A DNA stretch of 64,000 nt from Octopus vulgaris (Eukaryota), in contig OX597833.1 of assembly GCA_951406725.2 (NCBI GenBank), positions 40,672,001 through 40,736,000 on the forward strand, written 5' to 3'. The position numbers and the translations under genes are program-made. Positions 11,239 to 22,879 of this stretch are shown here, in pieces (position 1 is the stretch's first letter; each line of letters opens with the position of its first letter). Below the pieces are notes generated by a model. The model searched no databases, was not told where the DNA came from, and saw only the letters and a list, made by a program, of their open reading frames with translations.

Positions 11239-12374
11239 CTTATTTATTTTCTTACTGCTCCCTCCAAACCAGCTATGCTACTGGCCATGATGATCATGAC
11301 GATCATTTGAAGGGCTTACAAGATTAGTTATGTAAAATGAAAAAGTTATCTACTAACTAGAGATCTGGGTCAAGGACTGGGTCGTTTTGTATTATAAAGG
11401 AGGATGGATTAAATCTGTCAATTCACCACATATATACACCCTTACCTGTATATACATATATATATATATATACACATGCATATATATACACACACACATA
11501 CACCCATACAGTAAAAAAGGATCTAAGGTCCTTTCTACGTCATAGGCTCATAAGGCTGGTTTCCTAGATTTTGTGGTGCATATATTCTTCCCCTGGATGG
11601 GACCTTCGTCTGTTGCAGGATTACTCATTTTTAGCAGCTGAGTGGGCTGGAGCAACATGAAATGAAGTTGGCTATGCACCTTCACATACATACATGCAAA
11701 CATGTACTTCAGTTATTCTTTCACTCTTCACTGCAGTCACAATCTACATTTCAATGAAGAGTATTGTTTCTTTTTTAGAAACAAACTCCCTCTTTATGCA
11801 TGCATAATGACCACTACATCTCAAATGAAAGCTATCTCATATGAAACATTTACATTTTATTGGATTACACAATGTAACAAAACTATAAATTTTTTTTTTT
11901 GTCTTTGGTCAATAAGTATTATTTCTTATATGCTTCTATCTAAAAATCAAAAGAAATCACTACTATTCCCTTCAGACTTTGCTTTTGTGACCTGGACATC
12001 AGTGTTTTGAAACTGATCTATTTTCCATTACATTTCAGATAGATTCAGCACTGATTTGCTGAAGCAGAAATATCATTATAGCACATATTCTGTTCAATAC
12101 CACAGATTTGTTTGCCAGTTGCTTGACCTTAACCACTCGAGCATGTCCGTTAGTGGCTGATAATAAATGCATCTCTCATCATGAGCAAGAATAGCGGCAG
12201 AGCATCATAGCCATGTGTTGAGAGAAATTCTTTGGGGTTTGAATAAATGTAACAAAAGCAAATTTTAAAGGAAAGATTAGTGATTTTTCATTCTTCCCAG
12301 AGGTAAGCAAACAGGAAATAACTGTTGCTATCCAAAGAAGAAAATCATGTCGCACAGTAACATATGCATGTCAC

Positions 12375-12582
12375 TCCATCATCATCATCACCACCATCAC
12401 CACCACCACCACTATCACTACCACCGCCGCTGCCGCCGCCGCTACCACCACCGCTGCCGCCGCCGCTACCACCACCGCTGCCGCCGCCGCTACCACCACC
12501 GCTGCCGCCGCCGCTGTCGCCGCTGCCGCCACCGCCATCGCCTGCACCACCACCACCACCATCATCATCAGCATCATCATCA
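12375..12582. repeat. Compound CAT/CAC/CGC triplet repeat with a 24-nt higher-order unit
   Basis: ccaccaccgctgccgccgccgcta repeated about 4 times between (CAT)n tracts. Confidence 0.9.
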
Positions 12583-13612
12583 TATTGTGCTGCTGGCATG
12601 GATACCAGTTATACGACACCAACATTGGCCATGAATATGACTTCACTTGGCTTGAAGATGTTTTCTCAAGCACAGCATATCGCCAAAGGTCTCAGTCACT
12701 AGTCATTGCCTCTGTGAGACCCAACATTCGAAGACCATGCTTCACCACCTCATCTCATGTCTTCTTGGATCTATCTTTACCACAGGTACCCTAGAGATCA
12801 GCATTTCTTTACACAGCTGTCTTTGTCCATATGCATCACATGATAATACTAGGGCAGTACGCTTTCAGAGCATTCACCTCTATTACTAACTTGGTTACCT
12901 AGATAATGGAAGCTATCTACTGCCTCTAGCTTACCCCAATGTCAGTTGCTGAAGTCTGTTTTCTGTACTTTTTCAGTGTTTATTGTACCTGTGCACCTTC
13001 CACACACAAAAATTATTTTCCCTGTTAACCTTCCTCTGATATTGCTGCACCTCTTAGATGTCCATAGCTTGCACCAGGTACATCTTATTGAGTTTCTACC
13101 AATGCCTCTCCTACAGATTGAGCAGGGCCATCTGCCTGAAGGGATTTGTGATTTGTCTGCTTTCCTACTTACTAAGACTTTGATTTTTGCTCAATCAACT
13201 CTAAGGCCTTTTGATTCTAGACCTTGCCTCCACACCTGCAATTTCTTCTAGTTCTAGTAGTGATTTGGATATAAGAACAAGGTCATCAGTATAGAGGAGC
13301 TCCCTCTGTTATTTCTTGGAGGACTATGATGAACAAGAAGTGGGCTGAGGACTGACCCTTGGTGAACCACTACATGTACCCCGAATTCCTTGCTCTACTC
13401 ATTGTCAACCATCACCTTACTGGCAGTATCCCTGTACATGGCTTGTACAGCTCTGACCAACCACTCATCTATCTCTAGTTTCTGCATTGACCGCCAGATA
13501 AGGGAATGGGGGACTCAGTCAAAGGCTTTCTCCATGTCAACAAAAGTCAGGTATAGGGGTTTAATTTTGCTTAGATATTTCTCCTGTAGTTGCCTAACTA
13601 AGAATATAGCAT
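12583..13612 (-). mobile_element. RTE-clade LINE fragment (RT plus C-terminus)
   Basis: AIFLVRQLQEKY...LYLTFVDMEKAFD, HQGSVLSP, LYTDDL; same family as 20945-22710. Confidence 0.9.
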
Positions 13613-13747
13613 GCCTAGACATGCAACTATATGCATGAGAATACATAAAGCAAAACATACAAATGAGCATGCCTAGACATGCAACTATATGCATGAGAAT
13701 ACATAAAGCAAAACATACAAATCTACGCATATGCATGCATACATATC

Positions 13748-13980
13748 TTATTTCTTTATTGCCCACAAGGGGCTAAACACAGAGGAGACAAACAAGGACA
13801 GACAAAGGGATTAAGTCGATTACATTGACCCCAGTGCGTTACTGGTACTTAATTTATCAACTCCGAAAGGATGAAAGGCAAAGTCGACCTTGGCGGAATT
13901 TGAACTCAGAATGTAACAGCAGACGCAATACCGCTAAGTATTTTGCCCAGCATGCTAACGTTTCTGCCAGCTCGCCACCA
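13748..13980 (-). mobile_element. Full-length Nin/Deu-type SINE
   Basis: Reverse complement shows head ggtggcgagctggcagaaacgttagc, B box, core and tail gtttagccccttgtgggcaataaagaaata. Confidence 0.9.
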
Positions 13981-14098
13981 AGATATGCATACATATCTTG
14001 TTGATGTTGTTGAAATTCCAATGAAGGGATTTGGGATCTAGGTTAGAAACTGGCCCTTTCTCTTTTGGCATGAAATCTTGAAATAAAACTAAATAATG

Positions 14099-14129
<31 letters not shown>

Positions 14130-14463
14130 CCTAGATACATACCTGTGTTTTCTATACAGAAGACCACCACCCTGTGTAATTTCCCCAGTTATTATTTCAG
14201 ATAAACACTGTGATTTGTGATTTAGGTAGGATTATGTGTTTATAGAAATTTGGACACAGAGATAGAAAAATACTCAGAAAGATATATAGACTGATAAATA
14301 GTAATATGAATAAATCAACAGACAGATAAATAGTAAAGTAAATAGTTAGAAATTTAGATAGTTAAATATTTAGAGAGATAGATTGATTGATAGACGTATT
14401 TCTCTTTCTATCAATCTATATATCGTTTACTGTTCCATCCCACTACCTTTCTATGTCCATGTA

Positions 14464-14516
<53 letters not shown>

Positions 14517-14520
14517 ATAT

Positions 14521-14658
14521 CTGTGTTCCTTTCTGTTGAAGAGCGTAGGGTCGAAACGTAAAAGACATTCTCACTTCCAGAGCGTTAAACTAATACATCT
14601 GTTTGTTGTTTACACACCCATCTTCGTCTTTTGTTTTGTTTTTTTTGTAAATTCCAAG
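14521..14658 (+). mobile_element. TA-associated short repeat with minimal hammerhead-like motif (Penelope-like terminus)
   Basis: ctttCTGTTGAagagcgtagggtcGAAAcGTAaaaga; paralogs at 28440-28620 and 42520-42720. Confidence 0.65.
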
Positions 14659-14713
<55 letters not shown>

Positions 14714-16263
14714 ATATATATATATATATATAGACATAGATATAGATATATGCAGAGCAATATATATAGAGAGAGCAATCTTCAGCTGCACAAAGACATA
14801 GAATTTAATTAAATTAGAACAGATGGACACATTAGTATAATTTTACCTAAAATCTCCAAGAAGTTAAGGAAATAGACAAAAAACATGCTGTCTCACTCCA
14901 GTTTACAAGTTACTGAATTTTCAAGAAGACATACATTGTTACAGACTCTGCTTGTCACTGATTTTTTGTTTTTATGGGGGCAGTTTTAATTTATAGACCA
15001 GTTTATCAAATCCCTTGTCTTTCTATTGCTGAGAGAACAGAGTGCAGTATCTGTTAGGGGTAGGGCTGAGGGAGCAGACAGACATCATAGTTGGTAAGGT
15101 CATAAAAATCAAGATTTATTTGAAGCAATATCATGAGGTTTGGTAAAGGAAAACTTAAAACAAGATGTTAGCTGACAATTAAGGGGTCACCCACTAGCAG
15201 ACCATTGATAAAGAAACAGGGGAAGTCTTATCATATTGTACTATAGTTTAATATTTTAAACAATGTTGCTATATTGTTTACAGTTAAAGTTTATGGTTAT
15301 TCAGAGGATTATTAAGAAGAATATTATAACAAAAGGATAGAAATTTATGAATACTTTTGAGTATATACCAAACTTTTACCACAATAGAGGGAGGAGAAGA
15401 AATATCCAGAAATAGTTTAATATTTATACATATTGTACACTTAAATACTAACTCATCAGATGGTATCTGTGAATATTGATTAATTGGTATATACTGGTAT
15501 TAATAAAGGAGTATTGAGGTAAAGGAACATGCTAATTATATATTAATAAAATTATAATCGAAGCTGTTTTTTATAAGTATGAATTTATAGAGATACAAAA
15601 CTTGGATTAATTTTATAAATTAAAATGTATTTGAAACAACGGACAACAGTCAAAATATAATGGATGGATAAATAAGCATCCTTAAGATGAAACAACGCAT
15701 TGGTCGATAAACAAAAGTATTAACAAATAGAAGAGAGGAAAGTTTAATGCAGTTTAAATATGGAGATTAAGATTGTTTGGTATTGGATGTTTATCGCATA
15801 CAGTCAATTTAATCACAGTAAAAAATATTCTCTAATGTTGACGATATAGATTAAAAAAGTATGGAAAACCCTACATACAAAAAACTATGTACATACACAC
15901 ACACACTTGTTATGATGTTCTCATAAGCTGTGGAACAGTAATTTTTAGACTGAGTGATATGTATGATGGTATGTGTATGTGTGTGTGTGTTTCTGAGCAG
16001 TTTCTGTCTACCAGATTTCACTCACAAGACATTCCTTATTCCGAGGTTAGAGCAGAAGACTCTTGATCAAGGTGCTCCTTGTACAGGGGTCAAACTCAGA
16101 ATCACATAATAGCAAAATTAATTCCTCATCCAGGCCGGCCTTGCATGTACTCTGTCCTTGACCCAGAACCTGCATACATCAAACATATTTGTTATCGAAC
16201 CTACATATCCTGAAAGGAGCCCCAACTGGTGCACTACTCTATGTTTGCTCAGGAGCAATATAA

Positions 16264-16650
16264 TCTCTCTATATATAAAGCTGAAGTTGTTTGTGTATGG
16301 CAGGTTTGGTAGCCTTCAACTAACACTATTTCCTCTGAGACCCTGCGGCGCAAGTTGACCAAAATTGAGAGTATGATAGAAGAAGGCTTGCTCTTCCTTC
16401 TGTAGAAGAAAAAGTTCAAATCGGACCAACACCAAAAATTATTTACATCAAAAAGGTGCTTTTTTTCTATGAAAATTCCTATTATTTAAGACTTTTTTAC
16501 TGCTGTGTCGCCATTTTTCAGTGTATTTCAACCAGAAAAATGTTCACTTAAAGAGAATAACAAGCTACATAATGCAAAATTTTTACTTTTCAAAAATTCC
16601 AATTCTAAAGGGTCGAAACAAACCAGAGCAACGCCGGGCGATACTGCTAG
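16264..16650 (+). mobile_element. Non-autonomous Helitron
   Basis: A|TC start followed by tctctatatataaag; 3' GC-rich gcaacgccgggc then CTAG|T. Confidence 0.75.
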
Positions 16651-16938
16651 TTATTGATGAAAGCTAAAACTCCTGCTGTTACTTTAATGGCTCATTTAGA
16701 ATGAAAAGAATAACCCTCTTGGTCCTTTCTGGGGTCATTCAGGCTAGTGATAGAAAGATAGTTAACCTCATACCATAGACTTTGTCTAAATGTTTGTAGC
16801 TGGAGAGGGTGAACTCCACTAAAAGCACCCAAAAGCCAGGTGGGAGGTCTTAAATTGGGTGACGATTTTATGTCTACCGCCCAAGAGCATGAACAGTACC
16901 CTGCCCCTTGATAGCTTTCTATAGTTTCCATCAACCAA

Positions 16939-17240
16939 TTTCCACTCAGAAGGCTCTGGTCAACCTGAAACCACAGTATAAGACATTGCAATGCTTTGGT
17001 ATTAGGCACATGACATCAGTCATGAATAAGTAGTGTTTGACTGTTCACCTCAGTTGACAGATGAAAGACAACACCAGACACTTGCTCATAACATCACAGA
17101 CCTTTACTGAAAGATTGCCCAAGACACATACCCAAGGTGCTGCACAGTGTGATTGAACCCCAAAACAATATAAATGTGAAATAAACTTTTGAATCAGACA
17201 GTCATGACATCCCTAAGACTAATATGGAAATGATCGATTC
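16939..17240 (+). repeat. Copy 1 of a local ~300-bp direct duplication (copy 2 at 18678-18982)
   Basis: Collinear match ending in the identical ctaagactaatatggaaatgatcgattc. Confidence 0.9.
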
Positions 17241-17846
17241 TTCAAATGATTTAGTTTAGATGGGAGGATGTCAGCTATTATTGGTTTCTAATTTTGGTAC
17301 AAGGTTGGCACTTTAGTGGGGAGAAGGTAAGTCGATTACATTAGCCCAAGTGCCCAACTGGTACTTATTTTATCGACCCTAAAAGGATAGAAGGCAAAGT
17401 CAGCTGCAGCAGAATTTGATCTCAGAATGTAAAGATTAACAAAATGCTGCTAAGCATTTTATCTGGCATGCTAACGATTCTGCCAGCTCACCACCTTGGT
17501 GTCAGCTATTATTTATTGACTGATACACTATGCTGATCATGTTGCTGTTTAACCTTTTGAGAGGGATGGAAAGACAAAGTCAGTAGTGACATGATTTGAA
17601 GTCAGAATGTAATGACACAGAACAATTGCCATAAAGCATTTTGTTTAATGCTTGTGCAATTTTGCCAATTCAAACATTACATGCTTCACATATCAAATAA
17701 TCACTGAATATCTATAATGAAGATAAAATTAGATCCACTGGAAAACAATGCCAAATTAATCCTAATTATGTATGCACTCATTTTTTCTCATTAGTCATAG
17801 ATGTGTTGTGTTTATTATTTATTGCTTTTTAATGGTTTAAAGGCAG

Positions 17847-17884
17847 GGATTATGCTCATGGTCTTCACAGACCCTTCAGAAGAG
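17847..17884 (+). CDS. Candidate 38-nt internal exon (alternative acceptor at 17843)
   Basis: aaaggcag|GG ATT ATG CTC ATG GTC TTC ACA GAC CCT TCA GAA GAG|gtgaga; phase 1 to 0 would join the 3310-3463 and 19278 exons; weak pyrimidine tract. Confidence 0.3.
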
Positions 17885-18001
17885 GTGAGATCAGTGCAGC
17901 TGATGTTTTTGAGTCAATGGGGACTGTGCTGTAGCCAAACTGCCTCTACCCTTTGTTAAATATAACTTACCTTTGATTGCAGTAAACATACACATATAAA
18001 G

Positions 18002-18532
18002 TGCATTATTTACATTATTCACATTATTTGATGGATATTTGTTTGTCCTCATCTTGTTTGTTGTTAATACAACATTTCAGCTGATATACCCTCCAATCTT
18101 CATCAGATATATTGGGGAAATTTCAAACCTGGGTTCTCATTCCTAAGCTTTTTTCAATGTTATTATCATTATTATTATTATTATCATCATTATTATTATT
18201 ATTATTATTATTACTGTTCAGGTCACTGCTTAGAATCAAACTTGGAATCTTGGGGTTAGTAGCCCGCACTCATAACCACTATACCATATGCATGGGCATA
18301 TGGCGTAGTGGTTAAGAGCGTGGGTTACTAACCCCAAGATTCTGAGTTTGATTCCAAGCAGTGACCTGAACAACAACAACAATAGTAACATCGAAAAATA
18401 CCTTAGGAATGAAAACCCAGGTTCGAAATTTCCCCAAGACACCTGATGAAGGCTGGAGGGTATATCAGCTGAAACGTGCTAACAACAAATGTAAATAATG
18501 TACATAATTCCTCATCTCTTAAATATAGAACT
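18002..18532. mobile_element. Head-to-head palindromic element: tRNA-like head, (AAT)n spacer and Penelope-like tail
   Basis: Arms 18002-18291 and 18296-18532; A box TGGCGTAGTGG, B box GAGTTTGATTCC; CTGATGA...GAAAC at 18443-18475. Confidence 0.8.
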
Positions 18533-19277
18533 GTAGCATATAAAGTGACTACACACATACACCCTGCTTTACCACTACCTTCAATAACTTGCAAGTTGAT
18601 GGCAGTAAAGAAACCTAGACCTGTGAGGACCCTAGATAACTGCTCAGTACACCCATGCATTAAGATGGCACTGGATATTTCCACTCACAAGGCTCTGGCC
18701 AGCCTGACACTATGGTATAAGACATGGCAATACTTTGGTATTAGTACATGACATCAGTCATGAATAAGTATGTGTTTGACTGTTCACCTCAATTGAACAA
18801 ATGAAAAACAATGTCAGACCCTTACTCATAACATCACAGATCTTTACTGAAAGACTACCCAAAAAACACCGTCCCAAGGTGCCAGACAGTGTGATTGAAC
18901 CCCAAAACAACATAAATGTGAAGTAGACTTGTGAATCAGAGAGCCATGACATTCCTAAGACTAATATGGAAATGATCGATTCACTGCTTAAACTAAAACA
19001 GTATGAATATATAGTTTCCATTAATTGAACATCTTGGCTACTAGTCAGCAAAACTGGTGCAAAAACCATTTATTTAAAGGTAAAGTTTAAAACATGATTA
19101 CAACTATTTCAGTCCAGCTTCTGTCATACTTCAATAATGATTTAGAAGATCAATGTTGTGTATTACATGGGTATAAATTAAAGGTAATTAATTCAGTGAG
19201 AAAGATATTTAAATGAAGTTGCCTTTTATTCCCTATATTTAAGACATCTTTTAAGAGTTGTTCTTTTCTTTTTAAAG

Positions 19278-19700
19278 GAGTCTTTGCTAAAACTCGAAGA
19301 CTTCATAAAAAAAGGACTACTGATCTCCGATATGAATTTCCTGCAGCAGACAAGAGGGAAATTGGCTGCACTGAAATATTCGAAAATAAATGGCATATGC
19401 CGCAAGGGCCACTTCACTCTAGACGTGCAGGACATGCGTAAAGAAGCCCTTCTTCGAGTCACACACCGTCGAATTAAAGGTTACTTGGATATCCTAGAGC
19501 ACAGCTTTGAAGAGGATATTCCTACATTTTCCAGTTTCCAGTACAAAGAGAGTGTCAACCTTGAAGGTAACCAGAAACATCTCTTAGAAGATGTAAAAGA
19601 TGAGGAGATCAGCGACTGTCTGGCTGATAGCAATAAATTGACTCAGCCTCATACAAAACAAAGGAAAATTGAAATACAGAACCACTCTATTGCATCTTGA
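19278..19700 (+). CDS. Probable terminal coding exon (140 aa) of an unrecognised gene
   Basis: Pyrimidine tract ttgttcttttctttttaaag acceptor (tandem AAG/GAG), open frame ESLLKLEDFIKKG...NHSIAS*, normal amino-acid complexity, AATAAA at 19832. Confidence 0.7.
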   Translation, partial: ESLLKLEDFIKKGLLISDMNFLQQTRGKLAALKYSKINGICRKGHFTLDVQDMRKEALLRVTHRRIKGYLDILEHSFEEDIPTFSSFQYKESVNLEGNQKHLLEDVKDEEISDCLADSNKLTQPHTKQRKIEIQNHSIAS

Positions 19701-19831
19701 GGTCAACCAAGAGATGTAAGGTAGGCTCCAAATCCCAGAGACTATATTGTTTGTTGTCTGGGGTGGTGACACCTGGTTTTTATCAGGAAAACTTCGACTG
19801 GATTTCAAAGAACAATGAAATCCTTAACAGC

Positions 19832-19837
19832 AATAAA
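19832..19837 (+). terminator. Candidate polyadenylation signal
   Basis: AATAAA about 130 nt after the stop, followed by GT-rich gtagtttctccttgtggtcgttgttg. Confidence 0.55.
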
Positions 19838-19902
19838 AAAAGATATCAGTGTACGTAGTTTCTCCTTGTGGTCGTTGTTGTTGTTCTTACTATTACTATT
19901 AT

Positions 19903-20691
19903 TATTATTACCTCCACCTTAGCAAAAGCAGGGGTATTGTTTTCAGTCATGTTTGTTTGTTTGTATGTGGACAAGATATCTCAAGAACTGCCAGATGGAT
20001 TTGGATGAAACTTTCAGGGATGTTTGGCCTTGTGATTGGCACAGTCTCATTATATTTTGGGATCGATCCAGTACTGGACAAGGATTCTGGATTATTTTTC
20101 TAATTTTTTTTTTACTTTACATGTATACGTAAAGTTTCACATAGTTCTCTTGTACAGGCACACATATACTCACACATTTTCAGTGTTGAACATTACCATC
20201 CCATTTCCATTGTACACACACACACACACACACACACAAACATACCTCTCTTTTACACACACTTATACTCACACTTCAAATGCCGTTTATTAGTTTTTTC
20301 ACTCCTTCCTTCGTTATTCATCTATCACCCCTTCCTTTCTCATTCATATGATGCTCTTTTTGCTACTTCATTTTGTCTTTCGCAATGTCATTACTTTCCC
20401 TCACTCCCTCTCAGTCATAGCTATTACTCTCACTACTTCTCCTTCACTGTATTAGTATTTCATCTCCTCTCCCTTCAAATCTCACTCAGTATATATATAT
20501 ATATATAAATATATATATAATTGTATTATTTTTCTGTTTGAGAGCTGCTGGGTTCTTTTTTAGTAATCTTGTTTGTGAGAACAGTCCTGTTTATTTCAGA
20601 TATTCTCATTTTAAAAATCATCTCTGGCTAATTGTTGAGAGGACGTTGGTGTTGCCTTGGTAGAGGTTTGCGCTCTCTGAGTGCTCTTGTT
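19903..20691 (+). mobile_element. Helentron-associated non-autonomous element (HINE/DINE-1-like)
   Basis: Subterminal IR acctccacc / ggtagaggt, (GTTT)n after the 5' end, 3' hairpin gcgctctctgagtgc, T-rich ends. Confidence 0.7.
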
Positions 20692-20729
20692 ATTATTGTT
20701 GTTGTTGTTGTTGTTATCATCATCATCAA

Positions 20730-20943
20730 GACAGTGAACTGTTAGAATTGTTAGCACACTGATCAAAATGCTATGTGGCATTTCGTCTGTCCTTCCATTC
20801 TGAGTTCAAATTTCACTGTGGTTGATTTTGCCTTTCATCATTTTGGGGTTGATAAAATAGGTACCAGTTGAGTACTGGTGTCAATGTAATTGACTTACCC
20901 CTGCCCACGAAATTGCTGGCCTTGTGCCTATAATAGAAGGGAT
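20730..20943 (+). mobile_element. Nin/Deu-type SINE
   Basis: gagttcaaattt B box and gcctttcatc...ggggttgataaa core. Confidence 0.8.
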
Positions 20944-20944
20944 T

Positions 20945-22710
20945 AGCCAAAGATAAACCGCTGTACCTGGCTTTCGTTGACATAGAGAAAGCCTTTGACC
21001 GGGTCCCCCGATCCCTTATCTGGTGGTTAATGAGGTAACTAGGGATAGATGAATGGTTAGTGAGAGCTGTGCAAGCCATGTATGGGGATGCTGTCTGTAA
21101 GGTGAGGGTTGGCAACGAGTACAGTGAAGAATTCTGGGTAGAGGTAGGGGTCCACCAAGGTTCAGTCCTCTGACCCCTCCTATTTATCATAGTCCTTCAG
21201 GCAATAACAGAGGAATTCAAGACAGGATGCCGCTGGGAGCTCCTCTATGCTGATGACCTTGCTCTAATTGTTGAGTCACTATCAGAACTAGAGGAGAAGT
21301 TTCAGGTGTGGAAACAAGGATTAGAATTGAAGGGCCTTAGAATCAACCTAGCTAAAACCAAAGTCCTAATAAGTAGGAAAGCAGACAAACCACAAATCCC
21401 TTCGGGTAGATGGCCCTGCTCGATCTGTAGAAAAGATGTAGGTAGAAACTCTATAAGATGTACCCAGTGTAATCTATGGACACATAAGAGGTGCAGTAAT
21501 ATCAAAGGAAGGCTAACTGGGAAGATTGTTTTTGTATGTGGCAGATGCTCAGGAGCAATAAACACTAAAAATGTGCAGAGAACAACTTCTGACACATTCC
21601 AGCTCTTGTTACCTAGGTGACCAAGTCAGTAGCAGGAGTGGGTGCACTGGAAGTGTAGCTACTAGAATAAGAATAGCCTGGGCAAAGTTCAGAGAGCTCT
21701 TACCTCTACTGATGACAAAGGGTCTCTTGCTCAGAGTAAAAGGTAGACTGCACGACGCATGTATACAAACAGCCATGCTACACAGCAGTGAAACATGGGC
21801 CATGACAGCTGAGGACATGCGTAAGCTTGCAAGGAATGAAGCCAGTATGCTCCACTGGATATGTAATGTCAGTGTGCTTACTCGACAGAGTGTAAGTACC
21901 TTGAGAGAAAAGTTGAACCTAAGAAGCATCAGATGTTGTGTGCAAGAGAGACAACTGCGCTAGTATGGTCATGTAGCGAGAATGGATAAGGATAGCTGTG
22001 TGAAAAGTGCCACACCCAAGCGGTTGAGGGAACCTGTGGAAGACCTGTGGTGAGGTGGTGAAGCGTGGCCTTCGAACATTGGGCCTTACTGAGGCAATGA
22101 CTAGTGACTGAGACCTTTGGAAATATGCTGTGCTTGAGAAGACCTGGCCTATATCAGGGCTGTAACCAACCCACTTATGCATACCTTTCCTTCATTGGAC
22201 ACTAAATTCTGCTTGTGAAGACCTCTTGAGGCAAGTGAAATTGAAATCAAATTCAATGACTGGCATCCGTGCTAGTCGAGTGCTAAAAGCACCATCTGAC
22301 AATGATCGTTACCAGAGCAGTTGACTGGCTTCCATGACGGTGACACGTAAAAAAAACCCCACTTGAGGGTGATCATTACCTGCATCGCCTAACTAGCATC
22401 TGTGCCAGTGGCATGTGAAAAATATTTGAGCGAGGTCATTGCCAGTGCTGCTGGACTGGCTCCTGTGCAGGTGGCATGTAAAAAACACCATTTGAGCATG
22501 GCTGTTGCCAGTACTGCCTGACTGGCCCTTGTGCCGGTGGCACATAAAAGCACCCACTGCACTCTCGGAGTGGTTGACATTAGAAAGGGCATCCAGCTGT
22601 AGAAACACTACCAGATCAGATTGGAGTCTGGTGCAGCCATCTGTTTCGCCAGTCCTCAGTCAAATCGTCCAACCCTTGCCAGCATCAATGATGATGATGA
22701 TGATGATGAT
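20945..22710 (+). mobile_element. RTE-clade LINE, 5'-truncated, with PHD-like Cys cluster in RT and long 3' UTR
   Basis: LYLAFVDIEKAFDRVPR, GVHQGSVL, ELLYADDL, WPCSICRK...CTQCNLWTHKRC...CGRC, YLGD, SETWA; (GAT)n tail at about 22690. Confidence 0.92.
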
Positions 22711-22879
22711 GAAGAAAATTCTAACAGGTAGTCATGATGATGGGCTTCATATATTTGTACCCCAGGGTTACTTTGATGGCATGGACGACTGTCTCACTCG
22801 ATAATATTAGTAATTATGATAATCTCTATTACAAACACCAGGCCTCAACTTGTGGATTCAAAGTGACAGAAAAGGCATA

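Noticed and set aside
12280-12310. Micro-exon at ttcccag-ag-gtaagc
   Set aside because: It would be 2 nt long, or would need an acceptor inside the adjacent repeat; no independent support
12345-12702. Poly-Pro, poly-Gly and His/Arg ORFs
   Set aside because: All frames are open because of a triplet repeat at a LINE tail
18296-18366. Functional tRNA gene
   Set aside because: Acceptor stem does not pair, B box is degenerate, no T-run terminator; part of a repeat
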